Part shown: positions 47,346-57,998 of the stretch, one piece after another | Layout of the letters: each line of letters begins with the position of its first letter | Numbering within the stretch: position 1 is the first letter of the stretch | Assembly (NCBI GenBank): GCA_963844965.1 | Contig: CAWJQC010000007.1 | Coordinates: forward strand, 267,719-331,718 | Source: an uncultured bacterium | Lineage (GTDB): Bacteria > Patescibacteriota > Minisyncoccia > UBA6257 > 2-01-FULL-56-20 | Direction: 5' to 3' | Length of the DNA stretch: 64,000 bases | Notes under the pieces: generated by a model | Database searches by the model: none | The model's input: the letters and a program-made list of their open reading frames with translations, nothing else | What the model was told of the DNA's origin: nothing | Made by a program: the position numbers and the translations under genes

Positions 47346-49127
47346 GCGTTGCCAGATGGCAAAATAACATCGCCGCTTCCGGAGGAATTGCTTGGAGTAG
47401 GGCTTGGCGGTGCACTTGCCGATGGAGATCCGTCGCTGGTCTCGGATGGTCCATTTCGCGGAGATGGTCCCAACGCCGCAGGCCGATGAGTACTGTCTGC
47501 GGAATTGTCGCCAGTGTTCGGCGGCGGTGGCGTAGAACGCGGAGCAAGACCCCATACTTGTAAATTGCCGAGGAGATCGGGGAGATTAACGCTGTAGCTG
47601 TCCGTGGGCAATGGCTCGGTATTTCTGCTGCGGCCCATGATCTCCACCTTGCCCGTATCCAGGTTAAGCCGCCCAATCACTGGCAACTGGCCATTCTCTC
47701 CAATCACGCTGTTCGCCATGAGGGTAAATGCGTCACAGAGGTCATCGAACCGCTCTATGCCAAATCCAATGAGCTGTTGCTTCAGGTGTGAATTCTCCGG
47801 GTCCGGCGCGAAGAGTATTGTGCCATTCTGAATAAGAGCGCTTGCGGTCATAAGCCGGGCGTGTTTGTCGGTGGCGATCTTTACGCCGATCACCCTGCAA
47901 TGTTTGGATTTTTCGAGGTACTCGATGGCCGACCGTTGATAGGCCACATCCTCGATCCGTATCTCGACCGCGCCGCAAAGCTTCGTGTACATATCATGGA
48001 GTTCCTTGAGGAGCTCCATCGTTTCAAGGAACGCCATCCTGCGGTTAATCGTCTTGATGACATACCCGTGGAAGTCCTTGCCGAATCCGGCGAAGAGGCC
48101 TACGACGATGCCCGTGTAATCAGCGGTTTCTTTTTCCGAGATCGCGAGGTCGACCCCGATGACCACCTTTTTGATTTTCTCTTTCGGCAATACTACCCAG
48201 TGCTTGATCCATTCCGCTTGGATCACGCGCTCGTCGCTCGTGACCGTTTGGAGTAAAAATTCCCTGCGCCACGTAGTGTCGTCACCGATCTTCCGTTTGA
48301 ACGCCTCAAGTGCCTCGGGCGTCTTGAACTTCTCTGGCCACTGGCATACGCCTTCATCGTCAACGAGCGGATACCGCCGAAAGACACCACCACGCTCGCC
48401 TTTTTTGATTTGCTCGATAACGCGGCCGAGCAGGGAAAATTCGTGCAAGAAATTCCCGATGAGAAAGATCTTTGTCTTTGTCGTGCCCAACGGAATTATT
48501 TCCGATACGAACCAGCTATAGATGCGATCGCGGTTTTCTTTTGTCCGCGTCCCTTGCAGATCTTGCGGATCGTCTACGATCACATAGTCCGGGCGGTATT
48601 GCTTGTAGCGCAGACCGCGCACTGCCTGTTGGGACGAGATCGCAATTATTTTTGCATCGAATTTCCTGAGGGTCATGCCGAACGCGCCGCTCTCGTCGCC
48701 CTCCATATCGATCGGTCCGAAATCATTTCTGAGGAGGGGCGATTCAAGCGCCTTGCGGATGTTGGAGAAATGCGTCCGCACCTGATGGAGCGTATCGGAC
48801 GCGATCACGATAAAGTGGGCGCGACCGCTGAGGATCAGACCACAGAGAGAATGACGTATTGAGAATCGCGCTCTTCCCGGAATTTCTGAATCCGGCGATC
48901 ACATAGAGATCATTGTCGTTCGACTCGGTAAGGCGAAACATATCTCGGTGAAAGTCCGCCATCGGGTCTTGGAGGTAGTCCGCAAGATAGATGTTAAAAA
49001 ACATCGCGTGCGACCACTGGCCAAGCTTGCGCCGCAGGAGGCGGCTCTTGCGGATGATGTCGATGAAGAAATTGAACTTATCGGCATTGTTACTGTTGTC
49101 ACTACTAGGAATTGGTAGGTTGTCCAT
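47309..49127 (-). CDS. phage terminase large subunit (frameshift near 48810-48850)
   Basis: ORF 48744..49127 has the ATPase Walker A GFRNSGKSAILNT. ORF 47309..48808 has VIVDDPQD (Walker B-like) and the RNaseH-like nuclease domain VIGVDLAISEKETADYTGIVV. The C-terminal ~90 aa is Pro/Ser-rich. Confidence 0.7.
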
Positions 49128-49503
49128 TTTTGTTTTGATTAAAGAGGTTTATATAATCTGCGGGGAACCCTGCGAGGCGGAGGGCTTCGCGGAGGAGTTC
49201 GACCTCCTCATCGGTCAGCTCTTCGCGCAGATTGACGGTTCCCGAAAGCTCAAGCCTGCTGCGATACTCATCCTTGTTATTCTTGAGCCAGAAGATCGCC
49301 GCTTGCAGCTTGCCTTGCTTGATCGCCGTAATGACCTGACTTTCCGCAACATCCGAAATGAGGCCTTTGCCGTCGATCATCGCTTGGTCCACCGCTTTTG
49401 CGAAGGCAGGGTCGTCCTGTTTGTATCGGTAGAACGTTGTCCTGCCAACGCCCGCCTTCGCTGCGGCTACTTCCACGAATCGGCGTTTTCTTGAGCGACT
49501 CAA
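49105..49503 (-). CDS. phage terminase small subunit (HTH)
   Basis: 132 aa, N-terminal HTH (AAAKAGVGRTTFYRYKQ), overlapping the terminase large-subunit start. Confidence 0.5.
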   Translation of the reverse strand: MSRSRKRRFVEVAAAKAGVGRTTFYRYKQDDPAFAKAVDQAMIDGKGLISDVAESQVITAIKQGKLQAAIFWLKNNKDEYRSRLELSGTVNLREELTDEEVELLREALRLAGFPADYINLFNQNKNGQPTNS

Positions 49504-49533
49504 GAATAACGTTTTTCTTTTCTTCTTGTGTCA

Positions 49534-50861
49534 TTAGATCTTTTGAGGCTTGATGCCTGTTATGCGCTCGACTCTTTTTAGGATCACGGTGAGGTACACC
49601 GGAGATTTCTCCATCAGATAACAGCGGCGTTGCATTTTTAATGCAGCAGCCCATGTGGATCCGCTGCCCCCGAATGGCTCAAGGACGAGGTCGTTGCGCC
49701 TCGTAAGCACCTTGATATAGGGAACCAGGATCTCCACGGGCTTCGTGCCGAAAATGACGCCCTGCCCGGAATTCTTTTCGTCCGAGGCGACATGCTCGAT
49801 GAAGTCCGTAGGGCAAAACTTTTTTCCTTTTTCGTAGGACTCCCATTGCGGTTTCCCCGAGGTGGCAAACAACGCGTTTTCGTACTCGTTCTGGAGCAGC
49901 TCATCGCCCTCGTCGTCAAGGTTCAGCACCACTTCACCGCCGGTTCCCACAAGCGCGATGTCGTGCTTGTTGAAGAATTTGTATTTCGCTGCAAAACCGG
50001 AGACACGATTCGGAAGATGCCACGTGATCGTGTTCCGATATTTCCAATGTTGTTCTAGGGCGTTCCATATAGTCCGTAGATTCTTCGGATTTTCGAACAC
50101 AATGATGGAGAAGTCTGGCTTTTGCACCTTGGCTACATTCGCCATCCAGAGATCCGTAAAATTCTCCGGCAGTGATTCCGTCTCGAGATACCTGCGATCG
50201 CGCTTCAAACCGAACCCCTCCGTCGCTTTGCCGTTGCGCTTCTTGCCGTGGAGGTAATCCAAAAGGTAAGGGGGGTCGGTGAAACAGAGATTCGCCCGCT
50301 CGCCGTTCATGAGTTTCATGATGTCGGCCTCTACTGTGCTGTCCCCACACATCGCCCGGCTGCCGTTCAGCTCGAACACGTCGCCCTTTTGAATCTCTAT
50401 CTTGTCGATCTGGAGCTTCTGCAACTCCTTCGCGAGGTCAAATTCTTCTGGCGTTTCATCGAGCGCGAAGATTTTATCCAACTCTTCGCTTGAGAACCCA
50501 ATATCTTTCAAGATGGATTCATCGAACTCTGCGAGGGCCGCGATATCAAATTCGCCCGTGTTTTTGTTCAGCCGAATTATGATCTCGGCCTCCTTCTCTG
50601 GATCAGGAACGTTGATACGAACGACAGGCACCGTCTCTACACCCATCTCGATCAGTACCTTTGCGCGGAAGTTACCGCCGAGGATCACGCCTTCGCGGCC
50701 CGGCGCACTGTTAATGACTAATGGATCGATTATGCCGTGGCGCTCGAGACTCGCGCAGTTGAGTGTTTGCCTCCTTGGTCCATAGGCGAGGGTTCCTTTC
50801 GGGATGGCGTAGCGAAGCGAGAGGAACGTAATCGATCTTCAACTTTTCTTGTATGTCTTGG
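49534..50861 (-). CDS. ParB-like nuclease domain / DNA methyltransferase fusion (phage-type), frameshift near 50760
   Basis: In a shifted frame upstream of ORF 49534..50688: MDQDIQEKLKIDYVPLASLRHPERNPR (ParB N-terminal motif). Then …LERHGIIDPLVINSAPGREGVILGGNFRAKVLIEMGVETVPV. MTase motifs CFTDPPY (IV) and LVLEPFGGSGSTWAAA (I). Confidence 0.7.
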
Positions 50862-50996
50862 TCCATGTTTTTATTAATTTATTTGTACGACTATATAAGT
50901 ATTGTTTCACTGAACTTCAGTGCTTTTAACTGCTTTTAGTTGCTTCCCTAGTCAAAAAGAATAGAAAAAATGAGCCGCGCAGAGCGGCCCAATCAG

Positions 50997-51623
50997 TTAC
51001 TCACAAGCAGACGGAAGAAAATTACTTTTGGAGCGGGTTTGTGAAAATAAACCCGTTGCGAGCCTTTTATTAATCACGGGTAGGCCGTCGGGGGTCTTCA
51101 TCGGAAATCCGCGTTTCTGGGACATCGGTTTATGCTGTAAGTGAGCGAGGGCATTTGTGATGCGCTTCCGCCTCTCATCCTTATTTGTGATGGAATTCTT
51201 TTTGCCCTCTTTCACAAAGTATCTATCGATCTTCTCATCAGACATAAAACCTTTCTCGTCCGCCTCGAAAAAAAGCGCTTTTACCAGGAGAACGTAAAAC
51301 GCTTCTTGGTCGAGAAAATCTATGACGTTGCCATTAGTGTAAAAGTTATTTTCCCAGTACTCAATGAGTCGTTTTTCTCCACGGCTACCGTTGGCACCGC
51401 CACCTCGCTCTTTTTGTTTCACAAGATCGGCAATTTCCTTCATGGTGGCATGGTCAAGATGTACCGGGCGCGAAAGAGGAGGGGCAATAAATAGCTGTGG
51501 CTCGAACATTTTAGCCACAGTTTCCATTAAGGGACGCCCTATTCTTTCTAACTCCGCCCTGCCCTCTGGGGTTTTACGTAACTCGCGGACCGTCATTTGT
51601 GACATATCTTTTTTTGTTCCCAT
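50997..51623 (-). CDS. hypothetical protein (prophage region)
   Basis: 208 aa basic protein with no recognisable motif. Confidence 0.3.
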   Translation of the reverse strand: MGTKKDMSQMTVRELRKTPEGRAELERIGRPLMETVAKMFEPQLFIAPPLSRPVHLDHATMKEIADLVKQKERGGGANGSRGEKRLIEYWENNFYTNGNVIDFLDQEAFYVLLVKALFFEADEKGFMSDEKIDRYFVKEGKKNSITNKDERRKRITNALAHLQHKPMSQKRGFPMKTPDGLPVINKRLATGLFSQTRSKSNFLPSACE

Positions 51624-51887
51624 ATCTCTATTCTAAAGGATTAGCGAGCAAATCTCAAAACCAAACAGGCAAAACCGACCCCCTTCAGTCCTAAGTAGAT
51701 GTTTCCGCGGGATAAGATATAATTCAATTTATGGCTAAAAAACCGGTTTCGTTTATCGCTACCAAATATAAGGACAAGCCTGTTAGGGTCAGTTTTTACA
51801 CAAAGAAGGGCGAACGGGTGAGTTTTGCAGCTGAAAAAAAAGTTCCCGTAAAAGTGCAGGTACGGTTCAAGGCTCGCAAAAAGTAGA

Positions 51888-52331
51888 ATGGCGAGCACTT
51901 TTGATTACCAATTTGGGCTGACGGAAATTGTTCCATCAAAACAAGCAGACGCAAAAGAAGGACAGAAAGTTGCCGCCTTCAAACAATTGGTTGATGAGCG
52001 AATAACGTCAGGGCTTCCCGGAGGGTTCCCATCAAAGAACGAAATCTTTATCGCCATATTACAGTTTTTTTCTGGCATAAAAGAATATCAAAGGCGTGAT
52101 ATCGATAATATCAGCAAAACGATTCTTGATTCCCTAAAGGGCAAGATTTATCACGACGATAGCCAGGTAAGGACGTTACTTATAAGCAAGAAGGTTTCTT
52201 CTCGCGTCCCAGTAAATTTTGTTTTCGTTGGCATCAGGGAACTGCACGGCGAAACCGACGTCGAAATCGTTCGGGCCACCATGATGGAACAGGCAGTTAC
52301 CCTGTATCAGACATCGGCAAAAGGACGCTAG
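51888..52331 (+). CDS. rusA: RusA-family Holliday junction resolvase (phage)
   Basis: 147 aa: …RRDIDNISKTILDSLKGKIYHDDSQV… matches the RusA DxDNxxKxxlDaL…DD motif. Confidence 0.55.
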   Translation: MASTFDYQFGLTEIVPSKQADAKEGQKVAAFKQLVDERITSGLPGGFPSKNEIFIAILQFFSGIKEYQRRDIDNISKTILDSLKGKIYHDDSQVRTLLISKKVSSRVPVNFVFVGIRELHGETDVEIVRATMMEQAVTLYQTSAKGR

Positions 52332-52344
52332 AGGTGGGCTTTCT

Positions 52345-52803
52345 TTACTGAAAGATTTCAGTGATGGGGATCAATGTGATTTCTCCTCCTTGCTCGATGT
52401 GTCCGCCGAATATCTTATTATCATTTTTATCAAAAACGCTTATATACACCCCGTCAGAAATTTTTCTCCTATCACCGCATTCAATTTCAAAAACTTCACG
52501 CACTGCGTCTTCGACGAACGCATTGGTGATTGTCGACATCTCTTTTGTTGTGGGCGTCGCCATAGCCCAAAAAGAACCTGAAATCCTCGAGTCCGGACCA
52601 ATCTCCGAGAGGAACACCTTTATGACTTTCGCCACACTAAATATCGGCTCATTGGAATTGAGAACTCTCTTGCACCTGTCGCATCTGAACTGAGCCAGGA
52701 TTATGCCAGGCCCAATCTTGCTACGATCTCCGACAAGCGCTTTGGCTTTTATGGTATCCGATTCTTCCAGGCAATTTCTACAAACCATATATTTTGCCTC
52801 CAT
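52345..52803 (-). CDS. hypothetical zinc-ribbon protein
   Basis: CRNC…CDRC near the N-terminus, no other motif. Start taken at the internal Met. Confidence 0.3.
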   Translation of the reverse strand: MEAKYMVCRNCLEESDTIKAKALVGDRSKIGPGIILAQFRCDRCKRVLNSNEPIFSVAKVIKVFLSEIGPDSRISGSFWAMATPTTKEMSTITNAFVEDAVREVFEIECGDRRKISDGVYISVFDKNDNKIFGGHIEQGGEITLIPITEIFQ

Positions 52804-53807
52804 TATAGCAGGATTTTTGCCTGGACTGGAACAGTGGGAATGGAACACGAAAAATCGACCCCCTCAGTCCCATTTGTTCCATTTTCTCCCCAAGGCCCCC
52901 CCCGACTCCCTTGCGTCGTTGGGCCTCCTAGGTCATCCTTAAAGGATCCTTATGGGGCTCTCACTGCGGTGGGTACCCCATGCGAGAGGCCTACAGATAC
53001 TCAAATAAAAATCCCCGAGGATGAAAAATGGTGTCATAGAAAAATTAAACGCCCATATATCCGGCGGTCTTCATTCTGAAGCTGATGTAGTATATGTGAT
53101 GGTGGAAATCAGAAAGTTATTGGAGCATCTAAGAATAAAGGGTAGGGATTATTCAGTGCTTGCTTTCTATTGCGACTGGGTATTGCACACTAGTCTAGAC
53201 AGATACGCCGGCTCAGATTGTATTAAAAAAAATAGAAAATAGTCTAAGTAAGAAAAATTATAGAAACGATGATCTTTTTTTGTTAGTTTCATTAGAAGAG
53301 TTGCAAAAAGAATTAAAAGTTTTTTCTGAGAAATATGGCCTTTGTCAAATTATTATTGGCACGGAGTGGAGGACTTTTCAAAAGTTTATGATCAATATTA
53401 TACAGGATGCGCCATTGGTTCGCTCAAGTTCGGATGGCTTAATTAAAGAATTCTCTATAACAAAGGCAACGTTTGGTTCTGGTAATAGTATTAATTGGAG
53501 TATAACCACAAGAAATGGAACGGTTATCACTGGGTGTTACGCCCTGACAAACATTCCTTTGTATCCTGATTTAAAATATAGATTTTACGCTCTTACGGCC
53601 GCAATTACAATAGCTTTTGCGTTATTACTATTAAAAATACTTTCTTTGTATTTATATCAACCCCACCTATAAAATCGTTCGCACATCACCTGCGATCACC
53701 AAGCAAAAAACTTTAAAACAAATGCTCTGCAAAAATCCCTCCCTTGCGCTAATATAATTTCAGTTATATAAGAGTAATAGACATATCTTTAGCGGAAGGA
53801 GTTCTAT

Positions 53808-54041
53808 ATGCCGTCAGTCGTTGTCTGGAATGGATTCGTAAAGCAGATTAGGATGGGTCTTGCGGTCGGCTGTCATATATGCGCGCGGGAGAATCCGAAG
53901 AAGAAGTGGACGCGCGACGATTTTAGCGCTCATTGCGCCGGTTGCAAGGAGGCTTACTGCAGGGAGCATGCCTCCGAGCGCGACGTTCGTTTTTGCGTCG
54001 CTTGCCGCCCGAATGGCGATTCTAAAGCCGGTTCCGGGTGA
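53808..54041 (+). CDS. small Cys-rich hypothetical protein
   Basis: 77 aa with CHIC…HCAGC…CREH…CVAC, located after an AT-rich segment (53000-53700). Confidence 0.25.
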   Translation: MPSVVVWNGFVKQIRMGLAVGCHICARENPKKKWTRDDFSAHCAGCKEAYCREHASERDVRFCVACRPNGDSKAGSG

Positions 54042-54125
54042 TAATACGAAAGATTTGGTTCCGCCGCGGTTTTGCCGCGGCTTTTTTGTTTTGCGACATT
54101 TGATTTAATAAAAAACCCGCCAGAA

Positions 54126-54608
54126 TCATGTAGATAGGCGGGCTAATCGTACCGCGCGCTTGAGGCTTATGTGTCTGCCGGCCGGTCTTTGGGCAAAATT
54201 TATTTTTATGTTTTTGCCATTTTTGTCGTATACGCCGAAATGGAGGTGGGGGTACCAGGCGTAACCGGTTTGGCCGCTCCGCGCAATCATTTGGCCGCGG
54301 CGCACCTTCTCTCCGACGCGAACCTTAACAGAATGATATTCAATGTGCGCGTAAAACGATTCCTCGCCGTCGGTATGTAGTATGACAATGGCGTTGCCCT
54401 TGTCGGCATCTTTTTCGGACACGAACGTCTTGCTGTATCTTGATTCTCGGAATGTCATGATTCCGGTCCGCGCGGCAATTATTGGTATGCCTTTCGGCAG
54501 GAAGAAATCTACACAGTGCTTGTAATCCGGGCTGGTTTTATGAAACGGAGCTGTTACTGTTATGACAGGTTTGCCGCGGAACGGCAAGGAATATTTTCTT
54601 CCGCTCAT
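54126..54608 (-). CDS. M23 family metallopeptidase (LytM domain; possible phage lysin)
   Basis: HTDGEESFYAHIEYHSVKVRVGEKVRRGQMIARSGQTGYAWYPHLHFGVY contains the HxxxD…HxH M23 signature. Confidence 0.65.
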   Translation of the reverse strand: MSGRKYSLPFRGKPVITVTAPFHKTSPDYKHCVDFFLPKGIPIIAARTGIMTFRESRYSKTFVSEKDADKGNAIVILHTDGEESFYAHIEYHSVKVRVGEKVRRGQMIARSGQTGYAWYPHLHFGVYDKNGKNIKINFAQRPAGRHISLKRAVRLARLST

Positions 54609-54707
54609 ACGCTTCTCCTGTGAAACTTTCTGCGAACATTATTGCATGAGAACACTGCGGCCGTCAATATTCTTTATTTACTTAATTCCGTGTGTTAAAA
54701 TAAGAGC

Positions 54708-55466
54708 GTGAAGAAATTGCTTGTGGCTAACTGGAAACTAAATCCTCCGGGAGTCAGTGAGGCCGTTAGACTTGCCAAGATGGCCGATAGAAACGGCGTT
54801 GTGATTTGTCCGCCGTTTGTTTTTCTGTCGCGAATCAAAAAAGTTTTGAGGCGCGCCGCTTTGGGAGCGCAGGATGTCTTCTGGGAGGAGGGTGGCGCTT
54901 ACACTGGTGAGGTTTCGCCGATGATGCTGAAGAATCTCGGCACTAAATATGTCATAATTGGACATTCCGAGCGCCGCAGGTGGCTCAACGAAACCGATGA
55001 AATGGTTAATAAAAAAATTAAAGCCGCGCTTCATGTCGGATTAAAAGTTATTCTCTGCGTCGGCGAACCGCTTGCCGTGCGTCGCAGGGGTCTTGCCGCC
55101 GCCAAGAATTTCGTAAAGAGCCAGCTGTTAAAAGACTTAGCCGACATTCAAAAATCAAAAATCAAAAATTTAAAATTGAAAATCGTAGTGACTTACGAAC
55201 CTATTTGGGCGATAAGCGGTGGCCAGTACGGGCACATAACAGACAAGCCGGAAGACGTTGTTGAGATGGCTAGGTTTATAAAAAACTTTCTCCTTGTCTC
55301 TTGTCGCTTGTCCCATGTCGCTGTTTTGTACGGCGGCTCCGTGAATGGCAAAAACGCGGAAAGTTTTCTACAATACAATGAAATAGATGGCGCTCTTGTC
55401 GGGGGCGCAAGTCTGAAGGTTGGTGAATTTAAGAAAATAATTAAAATTGTTTCCAACTATGGATAG
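54708..55466 (+). CDS. tpiA: triosephosphate isomerase (with an in-frame AT-rich tandem-repeat insertion at ~55141-55190)
   Basis: VANWKLN…IIGHSERR…LCVGE…YEPIWAI…GGSV motifs. Insertion DIQKSKIKNLKLK is encoded by (caaaaat)x3-like repeats. Confidence 0.9.
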   Translation: MKKLLVANWKLNPPGVSEAVRLAKMADRNGVVICPPFVFLSRIKKVLRRAALGAQDVFWEEGGAYTGEVSPMMLKNLGTKYVIIGHSERRRWLNETDEMVNKKIKAALHVGLKVILCVGEPLAVRRRGLAAAKNFVKSQLLKDLADIQKSKIKNLKLKIVVTYEPIWAISGGQYGHITDKPEDVVEMARFIKNFLLVSCRLSHVAVLYGGSVNGKNAESFLQYNEIDGALVGGASLKVGEFKKIIKIVSNYG

Positions 55467-56217
55467 AGCAAAAGTTTGTTTTTGGGTCTTGTTAGACGTT
55501 CTTATTGTTGGAATAATCGTAAATTTGGTCTTTTTCGTCATACCGGCGATCGGGAGGTATGGCAATTCTGTCATGCCCGCGCGCACGATGAGCGTTTCGG
55601 CGGAAGGAAAGACAACGGTCACACCGGATCTCGCCGAGTCGTCGTTCACAGTTCTTTCCCGCGGCAAAAACCCGACGGATTTGGCGGATACAAACGACAA
55701 AGAAATGTCCGCGGTGATAGGGTTTTTGAAGTCCGAGGGCCTCGCGGATAAGGACATAAATACCACGGCCTATGATTTGTCGCCCGACTACCAATACAAC
55801 CCGAAAACCGGGAGTAGCTCTATCGCGGGCTATACGCTCACGCAGACAGTTTCGGTTAAAATGAGGGACTTCAAGAAAGTTCCGGAAATAATCGGCGGGC
55901 TTACTCCCTTGGGCGTGAACGAGATTGGTGGCATAAGCTTTACGGTTGAAGATCCGGAGAAATTTTTGGCCGTAGCCCGCGCCGATGCCTTCGGGAAGGC
56001 GCGTGCCAAGGCGGCCGAAATGGCCGCGGAGAATGGCGTCAAGTTGGGCAGGATAGTGAACGTGTCCGAATCGCAAAACGTGCCGGTTCCGTATTACAGC
56101 ACGATGTCGGCTATGGGGGGCGAGGCGTTGTCCATCCCGGCGGTTGCCACGCCGACGATAGAACCGGGCTCGCAGGAGCTAACTGCCGATGTTTCGTTAA
56201 CCTACGAGCTGGAGTAA
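55459..56217 (+). CDS. SIMPL domain (DUF541) protein
   Basis: N-terminal TM, then …VSAEGKTTVTPDLAESSFTVLSRGKN…AGYTLTQTVSVKMRDFKKVPEII…ISFTVEDPEKFLAVARADAFGKARAKAAEMAAENGVKLGRIVNVSE, the SIMPL/DUF541 pattern. Confidence 0.6.
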   Translation: MDRAKVCFWVLLDVLIVGIIVNLVFFVIPAIGRYGNSVMPARTMSVSAEGKTTVTPDLAESSFTVLSRGKNPTDLADTNDKEMSAVIGFLKSEGLADKDINTTAYDLSPDYQYNPKTGSSSIAGYTLTQTVSVKMRDFKKVPEIIGGLTPLGVNEIGGISFTVEDPEKFLAVARADAFGKARAKAAEMAAENGVKLGRIVNVSESQNVPVPYYSTMSAMGGEALSIPAVATPTIEPGSQELTADVSLTYELE

Positions 56218-56360
56218 GATTCTATAAGATTCTAACGGAATGAATCCCGTTAGAAATCGCGGACGCTTTTTGCCAATGGCATATTTACTGAACGGTCAAG
56301 ATATGGCAAACAATAAAGATAGGCGCGGATTTTTTTCGTCCGCGTCCTATTTCTAACGGG

Positions 56361-57014
56361 ATGAAGAAGACGGACCTGAAAGCGGCCCTAGTCATCGGAG
56401 CCGGTGTTGGGCTTCTAATTCAGCCGATTATTGAGAACATTATGAGGGGATCGGCAGCGCTCGTTTTTCTTTTCGGGACGGGAGCGTTGGGATTGCCGAC
56501 GCGCCTGATTATTCTGATTTTTTTCGCTGTTCTCGCACCGCTCGCGCTCTTTGTCGGTTATTTGCTGGGAAAGATATTGCCGGTGATATATCAGTTTACT
56601 AAATTCGCGGCCGTCGGTACTCTGAATTCTTTCATCAACGTGGGTGTTCTGAACCTCTTGTCGCTTTTGACCGGTGTGGCGAGTGGTATCTGGATACCGG
56701 TTTTCGCCACCGTGGCGTTCTTGGCTGCTACGACAAACAGCTTTTTCTGGAATAAATACTGGACTTTTGGTACTCACGGAGGTCCGAAAGCCGGCGAGAC
56801 CGTCAAGTTCTATGTTATAGCCGGCGTCGGCTGGATCCTGAACACATCCGCGATCTCCGTGGTAGTCAACTATTTGCGCCCGCAGAGCGTTTCTCCCGAG
56901 CTTTGGCTTAATATCGGAGCATTAGCGGGCATCGTGGTGTCCTTCCTATGGGACTTTTTTGGCTATAAATACCTGGTTTTTAAAGAAACGGGAGAAGTAA
57001 AAATTGGTTCCTGA
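56361..57014 (+). CDS. GtrA-family membrane protein (extra N-terminal TM helices)
   Basis: …YQFTKFAAVGTLNSFINVGVLNLLS…NSFFWNKYWTF… matches GtrA (F..VG…N……N..W.F), with 4-5 TM helices. Confidence 0.55.
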   Translation: MKKTDLKAALVIGAGVGLLIQPIIENIMRGSAALVFLFGTGALGLPTRLIILIFFAVLAPLALFVGYLLGKILPVIYQFTKFAAVGTLNSFINVGVLNLLSLLTGVASGIWIPVFATVAFLAATTNSFFWNKYWTFGTHGGPKAGETVKFYVIAGVGWILNTSAISVVVNYLRPQSVSPELWLNIGALAGIVVSFLWDFFGYKYLVFKETGEVKIGS

Positions 57015-57095
57015 AGGATTGTTTTATACAGCCCTTTTTGCAGCATAAAAGCGCCCCCTATTGCTTTTTTGGGCGGCATTTGCTATAATGCTATT

Positions 57096-57327
57096 GGATG
57101 AGTGTGAGTATACCTCGGCGACGACGTCGATCGAGGCATGCCCCATCAATCTGTTTGGCCAAAGACCCCGCAAGGGGTTTTTGGTTTTTCACCAAAACCC
57201 CCTTGCGGGTGAAAGGGGTCGGGGAAACGGGGGTTTCCGCGTGGCGGAAACATTGAAACCGCTGGGTTTCAAGGAGCGAGTTGCTGTCTAGCGACTCGCG
57301 ACCCGCACGGGGTTTTGGTTTTTTTAT
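57096..57327 (+). ncRNA. candidate structured small RNA / leader (TATAAT promoter, multiple GNRA hairpins, two terminator-like hairpins)
   Basis: TATAAT at 57084-57089. Palindrome ccccgcaaggggtttttggtttttcaccaaaacccccttgcggg; hairpins ggaaacgggggtttcc, gcggaaacattgaaaccgc, gcgagttgctgtctagcgactcgc; final cccgcacggggttttggttttttt. The only ORF (57061..57291) has no coding signal. Confidence 0.3.
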
Positions 57328-57402
57328 TTGACAATTTGACTCGGGGTTATGTAAGCTGGAAAAAGCGTTAACGAAAAGAGCGTTAATGAAGGAGGAAAAA
57401 CG

Positions 57403-57603
57403 ATGGCAACTGGAAAAGGGGTGGACTATAAAAAAGAAGTGGCCGAAGCGCAGGCCAACCTAGAGAGGAGAGCTTTTGTGATGAAGACGGGGGTGGAAAT
57501 TCAGCCGGGGCAGAAAATTCGTCTAATCGAGCGTCTCGGCGCGCAAGGCGGTAAATACCGGTTTAGAGCCGTGCTTGAACGTCTCGAGGACTATTGGTAT
57601 TGA
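57403..57603 (+). CDS. hypothetical small protein
   Basis: 66 aa ORF with a good RBS (gaaggaggaaaaacgATG). No motif recognised. Confidence 0.3.
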   Translation: MATGKGVDYKKEVAEAQANLERRAFVMKTGVEIQPGQKIRLIERLGAQGGKYRFRAVLERLEDYWY

Positions 57604-57934
57604 TGCGCCTTTTCAAGCTGGGCATCCCCGTAGGGCATCCCTTTTGTTTTTGACAACGCTGTGCGGTTTATGTAGTGTCAAAGAAGTTGTGTTAATAGGA
57701 ACAAGGCTGATGAGGGGCATTATGGTAATTGGCTTGGAAGTAACGAGAGAAGAACTCAAAGAAGTTGATGCTATAAAAGAGATGGCAGGCTACGCAACTA
57801 GAAAAGAATTGTTTATCTCAGCTTCGCGTAGATTCCGAGAGATTATTGAGGCGATAAGAGAGGGCAAATCCGTAGTGGTTATCGGTCCTGACGACAAGAC
57901 GGAGAAGGTGATAGCGGCTCCGGGCTGTTGGTAA
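57575..57934 (+). CDS. hypothetical small protein (possible start at internal Met ~57713)
   Basis: C-terminal part …MVIGLEVTREELKEVDAIKEMAGYATRKELFISASRRFREIIEAIREGKSVVVIG… is vaguely antitoxin-like, but not assignable. Confidence 0.25.
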   Translation: MNVSRTIGIDAPFQAGHPRRASLLFLTTLCGLCSVKEVVLIGTRLMRGIMVIGLEVTREELKEVDAIKEMAGYATRKELFISASRRFREIIEAIREGKSVVVIGPDDKTEKVIAAPGCW

Positions 57935-57998
57935 TTAGCGGGGTGTGTTCTGGCACACCTCCTTTTGTTTTTAGCCAAGATATTCTATCATATTAAGT

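Noticed and set aside
57061-57291. 76-aa ORF in the gtrA-downstream intergenic region
   Set aside because: It overlaps the palindromic, hairpin-rich candidate RNA and has no RBS or coding signal.
57403-57934. Possible toxin-antitoxin pair (66-aa + ~75-aa ORFs)
   Set aside because: No recognisable toxin or antitoxin family motifs. Only size and arrangement are suggestive.
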